Of a stretch of DNA of 64,000 bases, positions 10,458 through 24,116 are shown piece by piece. A model generated the notes under the pieces. The model did not search any database and was not told the origin of the DNA. It saw nothing but the letters and a program-made list of their open reading frames with translations. The first letter of the stretch is position 1, and each line of letters starts with the position of its first letter. Source of the stretch: Felis catus (lineage: Eukaryota); the NCBI RefSeq assembly GCF_018350175.1, contig NC_058368.1, positions 75,146,001 to 75,210,000 of the forward strand, given 5' to 3'. Both the position numbers and the translations under genes were made by a program.

Positions 10458-12689
10458 ATGTATTAACATTGGCTTATCTCTGAGCCTCAGAGTTACTGTT
10501 GATTTCTACCTTTCACTTTGTGCTTCCAAATTTGCTACTATATGTGTATACACATACTTGTTTGTATGTATATACGTACATATTTATTAATACTTGCTCT
10601 GATTTTTAAAATACCATTTTTATATTATATTGCATTCCAGTAACTATAAATGTCATGGGAATTATTGATCAAGATCTGACATGACATAAAGCTAAGTTCT
10701 GATGGGAAAAAGATGATACAAGCCTTTTGAGAACACATGGTGGGGAAAAATAGAGGTTATGGTACCACAGCTGTGGGGTATGCATATGCTCTACTTGGGG
10801 TGTGCATTTCTGGAGAAAAAATGCATTATCTGGCTATATTAACTCTGGCAGATCTTGCTTTTTTTACTTGTCCCCACATAAAGCTCAAATGTAGATATTG
10901 CACTCCAGCGTTCGTCTAAGATCACAGAATGAAGTAACCCATTGTGTGAAAGTATCGAGAATTACAGCTTATAAGTAAGTATCCTTGTGGATTTGCTTTT
11001 GTTTGTAGCTATTGTCTTTTCACAGTAAGCGTGGCCAAGTGAAACATAACCACTAGCTGAATGCTCACTTTACACAATCTGTAATATTTCTAAAAGCAAC
11101 CTGAGGACTGAGTATAGGGAAAAATGTTACTTTTTTCCTGGGTTTTATGACTAAAAACTGAAGAACAAATACATTAATGCATTGGGTTGGATTGTACAAA
11201 ATTGCCATTGTATATGATAGAAACAGCGAGCTAGTGGCAATTTCATAGGACTCAACTTAACGTAAATATGATTAATGCATAGTTTCCCCGATGGAAATAT
11301 TTTAGTTTTAGATCCTTTCATTCGATTAATATTATTAGGGCAAACACTGGTCTTTTAATTATTCACTCAGACATTCTGCTTTTTTACCCTTTGACAGCTA
11401 TTTTTTATGCACAAAATATCATAATCAGCTGGATGCACTCTCACTGTTGCATGAATTAATCCCTGCAAAAGCTAATTAGTTTCTTAAGTATAGAAGTACC
11501 TAAAATTAATTTTAACTAATACAGCTGTATCTCTGACCTCTAGCCCAACGTGTAAAGAAGGAAGAGATGTAATTTTCAATAGGACTCCTGGCTATTCTCA
11601 AACTAATTCCTTTGAAATCAACATGTAATTGTTGGATATCCACAGAGCACAGCTATCGTGAAAGGCACAAAGACAAAACTCATTGCCAGTCATCAGTCCA
11701 GCAGAGAATTAGACATGTTGGCACCAAAGATCGGCAAAGCGCAGGTACACAACGCATGTATACAACAAAGTGCAATACAACACATCAGGGAACAAAGGGG
11801 TTGTTAGAGGTAGATTAATCTGTCCTTAGCACATTGTTGAAGTTAATGAAGATAAGCTTATTTTTAGGGATCCGTCATTGGGTGGAGTCCCAACAATGAA
11901 AGGAGCTATTTAACAAGAAATTGTTGGACTCTAGGCTGTCTTTCCGGTCATCTTACCCCCTCATCTGTTGCCTTTCCTTTGGGTGATGGTGGAGTGGCCC
12001 GGGGCATTAGCAGGGTGTCTGCTGGGAAGACGGTGAGTCAGGTGTACATTTAGAATGAGTTTGGCGGAATAGTTATGTTGTTTACAGTTACTTCCATATG
12101 GAATTGACTCAGGCTAGGCATTCTTGGGTAGAAAAGGATTCTTCTGTCACTGTGCATTACACCCAGGGTCATGACACCCTCTTGCCAGGTACAGTTGTAT
12201 CACAATATCAAGGTATCCTCAAGCATGTACCCCCGAAAGTGTCTGTCTCTAAATTTGAAATGTTTAGAGAGAGAGTCTAGTCTATGGAACATTCTTCAAA
12301 GTCGTCCAACTCATATATGAAAAAAAAAAAGTAGATGAAACTTCCTCAGATTTGATAATCCTATGATTTTTCATAATAGTAACAAGTTTTTAGACAGAAG
12401 TAAGTTCTAAGCTATCGATAATCTGAAACGTATTTTGATCAATCATGATGAATGTAATACTGAATTACATTTCTTTACCGTCTACAGTAAAAAATATGAT
12501 ATAATGTTATCCTTGATATTATAATACGTATGATATATTACATGTAACTATATTATAATATATAAATATTACCTTTATTATAGAAAAGATTATCACCAGT
12601 GCTATACAGATCTGGCAGATAACTCATTCATGAAAATATTGCATCATATTACACAATTTGTGATTTTTATACTTTTCATCAGCTTAAAA

Positions 12690-12903
12690 TTTTTTTAACA
12701 TTTATTTATTTTTGAGAGACAGAGAGAGACAGGCCGTGAGCAGGGGAGGGGCAGAGAGAGAGAGGGAAACACAGAATCTGAAGCAGGCTGCAGGCTCTGA
12801 GCTGTCAGCACAGAGCCTGACGCGGGGCTCAAACTCATGAACTGTGAGATCATGACCTGAGCCAAAGTCAGACACTTAACTGACTGAGCCACCCAGGTGC
12901 CCC
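12690..12903 (-). mobile_element. CAN-SINE
   Basis: Full antisense copy. Confidence 0.95.
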
Positions 12904-12963
12904 TTCTTCTTCTTCTTCTTCTTCTTCTTCTTCTTCTTCTTCTTCTTCTTCTTCTTCTTTCTT
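12903..12963. repeat. (CTT)n/(GAA)n trinucleotide repeat
   Basis: About 19-20 units directly at the SINE head. Confidence 0.95.
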
Positions 12964-14184
12964 AGTTTTAAGTAATGTTTAAGATCGTGGGATTTCTTTT
13001 CTCACTTGGAAAAATATGCACTTTCCCATCAAAATTTTTTACTCATAGTTTTCTATCCCTTTTCTTATCCAGGACTCCAAAAATTCTCAGAGGTTCAGGC
13101 TCTACAAACCCAAATCTTCCCATTGTTCTGAGAAAGTAGATGGAGGAATTACTTTGTGATCACTAGTGGAATAAGTGAAATCTCCAGGAGGAAAAGCAAC
13201 AGAACTTTGGAATGTGGAAGAAAGGCAGGCAAATACATCATTTCAGGTGAGGGGCACTTGAGCAAGGGCATAACTGTATGTGGTTATTGCACACTCGGAA
13301 GTGGTGTGTGAAGGACAGAAGAAGGATTTGACCAGAGGTGGGGTTCGAGCCAGGTGTTGGAGAACACTAAATACCACAGTGACCTTTCCTCGGCCAGCCA
13401 TGGTGAGTCACTGGAGTTCTTTGAACAGATAAGTGAATTATCTCTCTTTTATTAAGAAAGATTATTATTTATTATCTGTCTTTTATTAAGAAAGATCTGG
13501 CAGCAGTATGGGAGATGAATACAAAAAGCCATAGATTTTATCCAGGGAAAGCACTGCAGAGCAATTGAAATAGTTCATGTAAGAGATGATAAGCATCTGA
13601 CCCAGAGACACGGTCATGGGGATAGAGCCAGGCTAAGACTATGAGGCCAATATAGATTAGCAATTTTCTGGATTGCGTGAGCGGAGCCTGGTAGGCAAAG
13701 GCCAAATGAGAGCTGGGAGGACCTAAATATAATTTCAAGTGTGTGCAAGTGGGAGAATAAAGGAGAATTGCGACAAGGAGTGTGATAGCAGGTAGCAGAA
13801 TCTTGGGCAGGGGTATAATCAAAGTCCACTGAATTGACTGGGAGCCCACGACATTTAGGGTTACCCAGTGTTCACATGTTTGAAGGGAAACCGATCAGAC
13901 ATCTTAGCTGGAGTGACAATCACTTAGAATAATAATAATAAAAAAAGAATCCTAGAGACAAAAATTCTGAAAACATCTACAATTAAAGAATTGAAGGGAT
14001 TGCCAGAAAATTAAAAAAAAAAAAGTGAGCCAAGAATTTTGATTTGCATTAGTACTTTTTCCTCTAGCTACTTAAGTAATTTTAAAAAAAATACATTGAA
14101 CACAATCATTAAAATAGCTGTAACACAGATAATTTGTGACTTGAAAGAAAAAATATCGCCCTAGTCTTTAATTATAGATCAGTG

Positions 14185-14420
14185 ATAGCTGTTCTTTATT
14201 GACTACTCACTATGTGTCAGACCGTATGTTAAGAGCTTTACACGTATTAACCCACTCAATTCTCCTGATGATCCATAACTAAGTACTATTATAAATATTC
14301 CCACTTGCAAAAGGAACCAGTAGTGCAAAGAGGTAAAATATCTTGCCCAAGATGTCAGGGGGTAAACTGAGGAACCTGAGTTTCCACACCAGCATCCTGG
14401 CTTCAGACTCCATTGTCTCC
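14185..14420 (-). mobile_element. MIR
   Basis: ctttattgactactcactatgtgtcaga...gaggtaaaatatcttgcccaagatg...ctggcttcagactc. Confidence 0.8.
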
Positions 14421-14449
14421 ACCATAGCAGGAAACTCAAATTTAGGAAA

Positions 14450-14944
14450 ATGTTTTGATTGACAAGGAAGAAACACACAATCCACCTTCACCCATAAGCT
14501 TGGACACTGGAGTCTGGCATTCCCCCCCACATGCGGTACTCATAATATTGGCATGGCTTTACCATTTCAGGAGACTCTTGCCCCAACAAATGGCCTGGTC
14601 GTTCATTACAGAAACTCCCCATCCACCCTTCAGTGTAAAGATCAACAGGCAGCCTGGGGCCTAAGTTTCTTGGAATCTCTTGCCTCCAAAGCTCTTGCTC
14701 TGCCGTTTCCACCAATGTTCAACAGTTGTATCATAACCCTCACACACTCTTGATTAGCCCCTACTTTGGAAGACCTGCCCGAACTAAACCTCAAGTTCAC
14801 ACCGATTCCCACCTTGCCCCCCTGCCTCTGACGCCTCGCCAAAAGTCCTTGGATTTGGTGTTCTCCCTCATAGCAGTAAGAGATGAGCTCAACTCCGTCT
14901 TATGTGCAGATTGCCTAGTGGTTTTAGGGAACTGGCATTTGACA
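14450..14944 (+). mobile_element. ERVL-class solo LTR (subfamily uncertain)
   Basis: TG...CA ends; 3' cagtaagagatgagctcaactccgtctta...gaactggcatttgaca resembles an LTR polyA/U5 region. Confidence 0.5.
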
Positions 14945-15229
14945 ACACCGTACTTGTTGCTATAATTCTAACAAAATGGCAGATATTCATGAGCAAGAAG
15001 GCACACCCTAGAGAAAGAAATTCTAATTTAAAAAGCAAGTTTCTATGGAAAGGAAAAATTAACAACAGAACAGATGATACACTGCTCGAGACCACTGAAT
15101 AAGAGATTTCAAGAAGAGGAGGATTTTCTTTAGGGTACCTATCCACTGAAGGGGGATTAAGAAGAAAACAAATCTCTAGTAAATTTTTTACCAGGAGAAT
15201 GATGCCCATCACATTTCAATTAGAGCCTT

Positions 15230-15440
15230 TATCGTGTGCTATGGGTTAAAAGTTTCTAATGCTTTGCAAATGTTAACTTATTTAATCTTCGTAGCAGCCC
15301 TGTGGGGGTAGGGCCTATTATTATTCTCATTTTACAGAGAGGAATAGAGAGGTTATATAGCCTGCCCATGGTTACATAACTCCATAGATGGAGCCAGGAT
15401 TTAATCAGGCAGTCTACATCTAAAGGGCAGTTCATTACAC
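15230..15440 (-). mobile_element. MIR
   Basis: tttaatcttcgtagcagccctgtg...attattctcattttacaga...gagccaggattt. Confidence 0.85.
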
Positions 15441-16590
15441 AACTTCGCTAGGAAAGTCATGGATATCCATTGAGCATTGCGTTCATAGAGAAAGATTGTA
15501 TTTCTGTGGAGAGCGTCCATGGCTTCAAGCATCAATTTCTTTGACATTTCCTTTCCACCTTTCCCTATCTGGAATGTAACTACCATCTCTCAAGATTGAA
15601 CCAAATGTTACCTCCCCCAGAAGGCTTTCCTGGCTCTTGGTGTAGAAATGCAGAATCACGGACAGTTCCTCCTTGGGGTGATGGTGCACCTCTGCCCCTG
15701 TCCAGCTTAATTGCTGATTTATTTATTTATTTATTTAGCCCTATACAATTGTAAGCTTCTTATGTTTCCCATCTCTGGTCCATAACACATGAGAGTTGAA
15801 GTAAAAAAAAAAAATATTATCGGTTTCATTGAGTGATCTTTCACCCACTAAATTTGAGAATGTATCATGCATTCAGGGCAGCATGATAAAACCACAGGGA
15901 ATTTTCTTCTCTGCGGGTGATGCTGCCTCCCTGGTCCCTCCCTGTAAAGTCTCAGAGTCTGAACATTCCTGCTTCTTCCATACCTCCTACCTCCTACCTT
16001 CCATACCCCCTAAGCTTCTGTGTCTGCTTTGGCAATTGCATTCTGAAACATAGTTCTGACCATATGGCTTATTTCTTTTATCGGCCTCCCCCCAGATTCT
16101 GAAGTCCTCGCTGAGGCAGCTGGCCTGATAATCCTGGTTGTCCTCTTTAGTGGCCTGTGTGGGCTGATGTTTGGCCCTGGCAATGGACTTTGATCTGAAT
16201 TACTTTTGTCAAAGTGCTGTAAGGGAAAGAGCCTGGGATCCAACTCCTGACAGCTATTAGCAATGCAAATATGAAGGTCCTATATCAGACTTTCTTATGA
16301 GCAGAATAAACAAAATAATGAACTCATTAGCAAGGCCTTGTGAAATATTCAAGCTTTGAGAACTTTGACATGGAAGGCCTAAGTATGTAGTAGAACTAAT
16401 TCCTTCATTCTGCTTGAGGCATGTTAAAGAAAATATTCTAATCTTTAAAGGCACTCTAAACGGTTATCATGAGTAATTTAACATTCTTCTTGGCATTTAT
16501 CTTTCGGATATCCTATGGACATGAAATAATTTTGCATGACCCACAGGAAAATTCCTCCGTGCCATAATCTTAACTCAAAAATTTCTGGTT

Positions 16591-16799
16591 GGGGCGCCTG
16601 GGTGGCTCAGTTGGTTGAGCATCCGACTCTTGATTTTGGCTCAGGTCATGATCTCATGGTTCCTGAGTTTGAGCCCAGTGTCAGGCTCTGAACGGACATT
16701 GTGGAGCCTGCTTGGGATTCTCCCTCTTCCCTCTGTCCCTTCTCTACTTGCACTCTATCTCAAAATTAATAAATAAACTTTAAAAAAATTAAAAAAAAA
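16591..16799 (+). mobile_element. CAN-SINE
   Basis: Full length; TSD aaaaat(t)tctgg. Confidence 0.95.
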
Positions 16800-17788
16800 T
16801 TCTGGCTGACAGGTTGGGAAAATTATTCTAGACTAGAGTATAAGGGCATCGGCTTTAATTTCTACCCTGTCACTTGGAAAAGTCACTAACTTTTTTCAGT
16901 CTCAATTTCCTAATTTATCTATATCTATATCTTTATCATCTATATCTATACCTACATCTAATATCTTACCTATCATCTGTATCTATATATCAATCTGAAC
17001 ACGTATAACCTATCTCCTTGTCATTGTACATATTTTTTAAAGTGACATTACTTGTAATAACATAGTTTTCGAACAACCCTGTGTATTACTTTCTTTGACG
17101 AAAGCACATGCATGAAATAACTTAAAGAAACATCAAAATACTTGCTTCTACCACAACTGTGATTAGAATCAGAATTTGTTTCATGGGATAGATCTTTCTA
17201 TGCAAATTAACTTTTTAATTTAATTCATTGCCCATTCATTCAAATTATATACGACCTTGTTTACTCTCCTGGGGATATGTCAGCCACATAATATTTCTTA
17301 ATCAAAGAAATTTACCCAAATTAACTGCCAATTTGCTCAAGAAAGAAATAGGAAAAATGCGAGCTTGTGTGAAGTCACCTGTCCAGACATAGTGTATTTC
17401 ATAAAAACAAAATTGTCCAGTCTGTTTATTTTCACACATTATCTGCTCTCTGGCTTCCATAAATAAGAATTATGTAAATAATAAATTGTAAATCATAAAG
17501 GACTTTAAAATCAATTTTGCTTCCCATTTACATAGAAGGAAAAGTATCAAAGCTCAAATATTTTGAGTTTGCCTACAAGTCACAGTACAACAAGCCCATT
17601 GATGTAATTCAAGGAAAAGAACCAATTTAGTAGATTCATGATGGAGATGTAGTCAATATATTTTTTTGCTACAAATGACCCTTTTTTATTTTTGTAGGGA
17701 AAATGGAAGAAGGGAACATTAAAAATATAACATTTGAGTTAAAAATGCAATTTCTGCTACTTTGTAGCAGTTTCCACTCAAGAGATAC

Positions 17789-17872
17789 TTGAATCATGGC
17801 TGTATTCCCTGTGGTATCCTGTGCATGAACATGAACTCCTGGAATTAAGCTCCATAACCCATGGTAGTCTTC
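17789..17872 (-). CDS. Weak candidate coding exon, ankyrin-like motif (EDYHGLWSLIPGVHVHAQDTTGNTAMIQ)
   Basis: ctcctgtattccag| acceptor; 84-nt symmetric phase-0 frame; weak CAA|gtatct donor. Confidence 0.2.
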
Positions 17873-18624
17873 CTGGAATACAGGAGCCATTCAGTTCCTG
17901 TTTAATAATTTTTAACATCAGTTAGAAATACAATAACCTGGAGAGTGTGGAGGCTTACTTTGATGTAGATAAGTTATAGTCTAAAATTTTATAGTCCATA
18001 AGCCTCATTTTCATTTATATCCTGCTTGTATATTTTGTCCTTCTTTGAAACCAAAGCCTGACCAGACACTGAGATCTTTGTTCACTACAAAATTGGGAGT
18101 ATTCAAAGGGAAATATACAAAGAAATGCATAAGAAAATTCATTTTATGAATAACGAAGAATGGCCATGTGTATCCATCTTGAAATCAGGTGTCGTGACTT
18201 CCTGGCTATGTGAACTTCAACCTAGCCTCATCCCGCTGTGCCCTGCCATTCCCTGATCTGTTAATCTCGATGACATCCCTCAACCTTGGAGCATAGTTGT
18301 GACATTTAAATGAGATAACATAAGTACCTCGTATGTTGCAAAGAAAATGTTAGGCAAGACGTAAATCTCGGTTCCCTTCACTTCTTTCTGCTCTCACTGC
18401 AATCTTTATGTCCAAGCTGCTCTCCGAAGTAGAAGCCATAACTTGATATTTTGAATCCAAAACTTTTTTCCCAGACTTCAGTTTCCTCAGTTGATTTTCA
18501 GTTTTTTTGACAACTACCGACTATTCATGACATTTTAATAGGTTTACCAACGTATCTATATTAAAATCAAATTTGGCATTGGCAAAGAGGGAATGTAGAC
18601 ATTTCAGATAGATGGTCTTGCATG

Positions 18625-19010
18625 CGATATACTGGCCAAGTGATCTTGGACAAGTTATTTAACCTTCCAAAGACTCTTTTATCTTTATTTCCTAGAAAGT
18701 GGGGATAATGATTTCTATCAGGTAGACTTTTTTTTTTAACGTTTATTTATTTTTGGGACAGAGAGAGACAGAGCATGAACGGGGGAGGGGCAGAGAGAGG
18801 GGGAGACACAGAGTCGGAAACAGGCTCCAGGCTCTGAGCCATCAGCCCAGAGCCTGATGCGGGGCTCGAACTCACGGACCGCAAGATCGTGACCTGAGCT
18901 GAAGTCGGACGCTTAACCGATTGCGCCACCCAGGCGCCCCTATCAGGTAGACTTTTAACACAAAGCAGACAAACACCCTAACATAGCATCTGGCACAGCA
19001 TATGTATTTA
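18625..19010 (+). mobile_element. MIR split by a SINE
   Basis: gtgatcttggacaagttatttaacct...ggggataat; resumes acatagcatctggcacag. Confidence 0.7.
18728..18940 (-). mobile_element. Young felid CAN-SINE
   Basis: CpG-intact; TSD tatcaggtagactttt. Confidence 0.97.
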
Positions 19011-19875
19011 AGTTTCATAAGAGGCGACATGATAAAGACGATAAAATCCACCATTCACTGGTGCCCACCTTCTGCCTTGAACGCTCAAATTAGCATGTTT
19101 TAGAATGTTTTAGAATGATCTGAACTAAGCATCCTTAATAAAGATTGAATGTCTAACTAATTCATTAGACAGACTTTAACACGCTCTGTAAGTATTAACT
19201 AACAACAGGAATAAAGGTCTGAAGTTCCTTTGCTAGGTCTTAAACCCCTAATTCTACTCACTGGAGTATTTCACTGATAAAAAAAAAAATCCAATTGGGT
19301 GAAGAGTTCTGTCTCTTTCTCTGTGAGATAATAAAGAGCGACACCATTTGCAATGTCTGAGTAAAGAGTTTGAATTTATTGGTGATTAGAAAATATCTAG
19401 AATAGCTGTTAGATCAAGTAAATTCGTAGAGTGTCCCCCTCTGAGTCTGGCGACCCAGACAATGCAAGACGTGACAGGGTTTTCCATGATCCTAGTTGAT
19501 ATCCCACCCCGGTTCCCTTACAAAAATGGCAGAACATCTTTCATAATATGTATTTTTGCTATGTTGGTGAACTATAGTGTTCCTTATACTCTATTAAAAT
19601 GCTCCCCTTTCAGGAAGACTTTGCGTATTTTGGGAAGAAAAGAGAGTCTCCCGGAATGTTCTTTATCAGTTTCAGAGATGAGGAAAACTGAATAAGGGGA
19701 GTTGCAGATGGTGCTGCCTTTTGAGGGTCCCCTCGACCTGCACAAGCATCCTTTCCATCCACCAACTGAAATAAATGATCCAGTAACTGTGAGTCAGATC
19801 TAAACGAAGATTCACAGAAGAAATAAAAATAGTATTTTTGACTGAAATGTTATTATTAAAAATACATCCTTCTGA

Positions 19876-20670
19876 AATCAGAAAGACAAGAACTAACAAG
19901 TGTTGGTGACAGATAGCGAAAAGGGAATCCTTCTGCGCTGTTGGTGGGAATGCAAACCAGTGTGGCCACGGTGGAAGACAGTATGGAGGCTCCTCAAAAA
20001 AATTAAAAATAAAAATAACATTTGATCCAATAATTCCACTACTGGGTATTTACTCAAAGAAAACAAAGGCACTAATTTGAAAAGATATATGCATTCCTAT
20101 ATTGATTGCAATATTGTTTACCATAGCCAAGATATGTATGTTTACCAGTGCCCATCGATACATGAATGGATAAGGAAGATGTGATACTTATATATCCAAC
20201 GGACTGCAATTCAGCTGTAAGAGAGGATAAGGCTTTGTCATTTGTGACAACACAGATGGATCTAGAAGGTATTATGCTAAGTGAAGTAAGTCAGACTGAG
20301 AAAGACCAATACCGTATGATTTCACTCATATGTGGAATCTAAACAAAACAATACACGTGAATAAACAAAAACAGAATCAGACCTGTAAATACAGAAAACA
20401 AACTGATGGTTGCTGGAAGGGAGTGTGGGGGGGTAGAAAAATGGGTGAAAGGGAATGGGAGAGACAGGCTTCCAGTTACGGAATAAATAACCACAGGGAT
20501 TAATGGCACAGCACAGGGAATATAGTGAATGATACCGCAATAGCTTTGTATAGTGACAAATGGTAGAGACACTTGTGCGCATAACCTATAGAGAAGGTGC
20601 ATCATGATGTTGTGCACCTAAAACTAACGTGCATTGTGTATCAGCTCTACTCAAAAAAAAAAAAAAAAAA
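19876..20670 (+). mobile_element. 5'-truncated L1 (ORF2 end, 3'UTR, polyA)
   Basis: aacaagtgttgg...gttggtgggaatgcaaac...ccactactgggtattta...attatgctaagtgaagtaagtcagac; A-tail 20653-20670. Confidence 0.92.
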
Positions 20671-21680
20671 GAATGGAAAGAAAATCTTTCTTGGGTATGA
20701 ATATGTGCTATCTTTTCAGTTAAAGAAAATATGTCTCCAAAGAATTGTTTGCAACAAATATATAGGTACGTGTATGTATGTGTATACAGGTGTGTAAACA
20801 TAATATGTATGTATTGTTTTATGCATATGTATATATAGAGAGATATGTGTGTGTATTTGTTATTTGTTTTTGTTTTGTTTTGAAAAAGCACTTGAAAGTT
20901 TTCTAGGTGGACCTATCTCTGACTATCAAATGAAAGGTGAAACATTTCCAGAAGCACAGGGAAAAGAACAAACCAATTCCCAAGTGGAATATTCCATTTA
21001 GAGCCAAGCCAAGTTGGGGGCTGGGCTGCTAAGATGGCTCTTGCACTATGTCCCGAGGACAGCACTGTCCTGCCCAAAGGAGTGGTTTTCCTGCTGAGGC
21101 TCAGACAGTTCCTACACCCACAGCTGCTATCAGGAGCCGGGCCTCATCCCTCTGTAGATCCTCCAACAACAACACATTGGTGGAGACTCCACAGAGGGAC
21201 GTCATGCCTGTTGCCTTGGATAATAAAGCAGTATTCCCACCTGGAGCATATCCAAGGAAAGGAGGCTGGGAAAGAACAAAACAGATCATGCATCCAGGCA
21301 CGCCCCCAGCCTAGCCTGCATACCCCAGCCCAGACAGGGAAATGCAGAAAACAGAGCCACTCTCAGAACATTCCAGTGACACTCTCGGAATGCCTCTCCC
21401 TGATGCCATTCATCCCACAGGAATATGCAGTGTGCATGTTTAGAACATTTTGAAGACCCTACCTTTACATGGTACTCTGGCACTTAGACATCCTTTTAGC
21501 CAAAAACCAAGTAATGGGATTCTCCAATTCCGCCAACGAAAGAATTTTCCTTTTAAGTGAAGAGTGTCATCCCCTATTGCAGTTTGCAAAGAGGTACCTA
21601 AAGACGTACCAATTTTCAGGAAAAGGCCCCCACAATAAGATCTGAGGTTATTTCTTCTTGTCATAAGAAATATATTTATA

Positions 21681-21901
21681 GGGGCGCCTGGGTGGCGCAG
21701 TCGGTTAAGCATCCGACTTCAGCCAGGTCACGATCTCGCGGTCCGTGAGTTCGAGCCCCGCGTCAGGCTCTGGGCTGATGGCTCCGAGCCTGGAGCCTGT
21801 TTCCGATTCTGGGTCTCCCTCTCTCTCTGCCCCTCCCCCGTTCATGCTCTGTCTCTCTCTGTCCCAAAAATAAATAAATGTTGGAAAAAAATTTAAAAAA
21901 A
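21681..21901 (+). mobile_element. Young felid CAN-SINE
   Basis: Near-consensus; perfect TSD aagaaatatatttata. Confidence 0.97.
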
Positions 21902-23175
21902 AAGAAATATATTTATAAAAAACATATAAGACATGCTTTCCAAAACCACATTAGATATATACATCCCTCTATATACACACACATACATTTGTGTGCTCAT
22001 ATGCCCGTCCTCTAGGATTGGATAATGATGAAATTTGAAACAGATTAAAAAGCAAAGTTAGGAAGATTATTATGTTAACTGGCTTTATGTACTTTCAAAA
22101 GAATACACTGGTAATTTAAAATACTTTGCACTTTTCATACTGACTAGGGTGTTAGGAGACAAGCCTGTTTGGCTAAGATGAGTCAACATCACACACAATA
22201 ACGTGGCTTCGGGAAAAAAACTTCAGATTTACCTAAAGGTATAAAATGCCTATAATTTCTGGCAGCTTTGCATGGCCCTTAGGTAAAACAATTGGCTTGC
22301 CAGCAAATCTAACAAGTGTAAATCTATAAAATAGTTCGGAGTAATGGAAACGTTTATTGGCATTTACCTGGGTATACTGGAACACTGTATGAGTGAGGTG
22401 AAAATCAGTTTCGGAACACTTATTATGTAATAATCAATACAGATCTTCCCAGCTAATGCATGCTTGTGCTAACTGAGCAGTGTTGTTTATTCCATTAACT
22501 CAGGCACCATTTGGCTTTGCAAACACTGAGGCAGTAAGACGAGAAGCCAAAACGAGAGAAAGAAGAGGAGAAGGAAGTTCTTTATCCACCCCCCCATTCT
22601 GTGATTTTTATGGGTCACTGCATACAGCGTGCACAACATTTTGTTATGCCTTGAGGTCCACCATTACACTGCTCAGTTTGTACCAGGAGGAGGAAGAAGG
22701 GGACGTTTCTGTGAATGTTTCATTTCCAGTGCCATACCCTGAGTTCCCTCTCTCGCTCTCTCTCTCTCTTAGTAACTGGGGAGGTGTATACGCAAGGGGA
22801 AAGTTGCTTTATGAAATGGTGCTTCCGTGAATCTCTTCCAAAATCAAACACCTCGATTAAGCCCCGGTGTTTCAGGCACCGGGTTTTGAAATGTGTCTAC
22901 TTGAATCCCTACCCGCACATGTCTCACCAGTATCTCTGTTACAACATCTGGTGGTTTCTATACAAAGCCTTTGGCACCAGTGGGCAGGTTTATGGGGAGG
23001 GTGTTCTCCCCGTATAACCATACAAAGTGATCGGTACGGATTTAGCTCAAACCATCCTTCAGCATGATAAATTTTATTCTAGAACAACATGCAAATAAGG
23101 CTCATTCTTCATTGGGGGAGTTTTCAAGGTGGGAGAAACGCAAGGAAAGGAGAATTCCAATGGATTCTTTCTCGA

Positions 23176-23210
<35 letters not shown>

Positions 23211-23426
23211 AAATACAACTTTAAAGGTTGTTCAGCTGAACTTGGAAAAATGGTTATGATTACACAAAATCCCTTAAAAATTTTAAAAAGTGAGGAAAAA
23301 AATGACAGAGATGCTCGTGAATGAAACTGGTCCAAGAGGTTCACATAGTAGGTGCTGGTCAGTGACATTTCTGTGCCTGGACTCTGAACATGCCTATTTC
23401 CTTTCATCATAGGAAGTAGTAATTCC

Positions 23427-23633
23427 TTTTTTTAAAAGTGTTTATTTATTTATTTTGAGCTGGGGGAGAGTGGAGAGAAAGAGGCAGAGAGAGAGAGAGA
23501 GAGAGAATCCCAAGGAGGCTCCATAAAGTCAGTGCAGAGCCCGATGCAGGGCCTGATCTCATGACGGTGAGATCAGAACCTGAGCTGATATCAAGAGTTG
23601 GGTGCTTAACCACCTGAACCACCCAGGGGCCCC
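23427..23633 (-). mobile_element. CAN-SINE (older)
   Basis: Antisense copy; TSD tagtaattc. Confidence 0.92.
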
Positions 23634-24116
23634 AGGACTAGTAATTCTTGACAATAGTCTCTCTCCCCCATCCCCCCCCCCCATCGAAGTCTATGGAACC
23701 GAGCAACTGGAATAAATACAATACAATAAAATTAAAAAAAAAAAAAAAAAACAAAAAAACCACACACTGGGGTGTGTCCATGTGTGGATTCTAGTGAATC
23801 AGTCCCATAATGCTTCCAGTAGATGCTGCCTTCTTAGGAATATAAACGAACTAACTTGTTGAAGAATGAAAGTTATGTATTTAGCTAGTAGTGTTCATTG
23901 GCATACATTTGCCCAGTCTATGGTATTTGAAACCACATTAATCACTTTGACTGACTTCTTACAGTCCTAGGGAAAAGGAGAAGAATAAAATCTACCTTTT
24001 GTTTCCTTAAACGCTCGGGCTCTTTCCTTCATAAGCAGTTGGAAAGGTCCTACAACAATATATAAGCATTGGGATGGCATGCAGACACAGCAACCCTTTA
24101 AATATTTATTTTCTTT

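Larger units (their letters stand above)
12150..13125 (+). mobile_element. hAT-Tip100 (Zaphod-like) DNA transposon remnant, split by a SINE
   Basis: ttctaagctatcgataat...ttttgatcaatcatg...ctgaattac transposase-end text and terminal ttcaggctctacaaaccc...atcttcccattg. Confidence 0.55.

Noticed and set aside
21034..21453. 139-aa ATG ORF
   Set aside because: No domain similarity or convincing splice context; likely chance in GC-richer sequence
22863..22887. GC hairpin followed by TTTT resembling an intrinsic terminator
   Set aside because: Mammalian DNA; a short stem expected by chance
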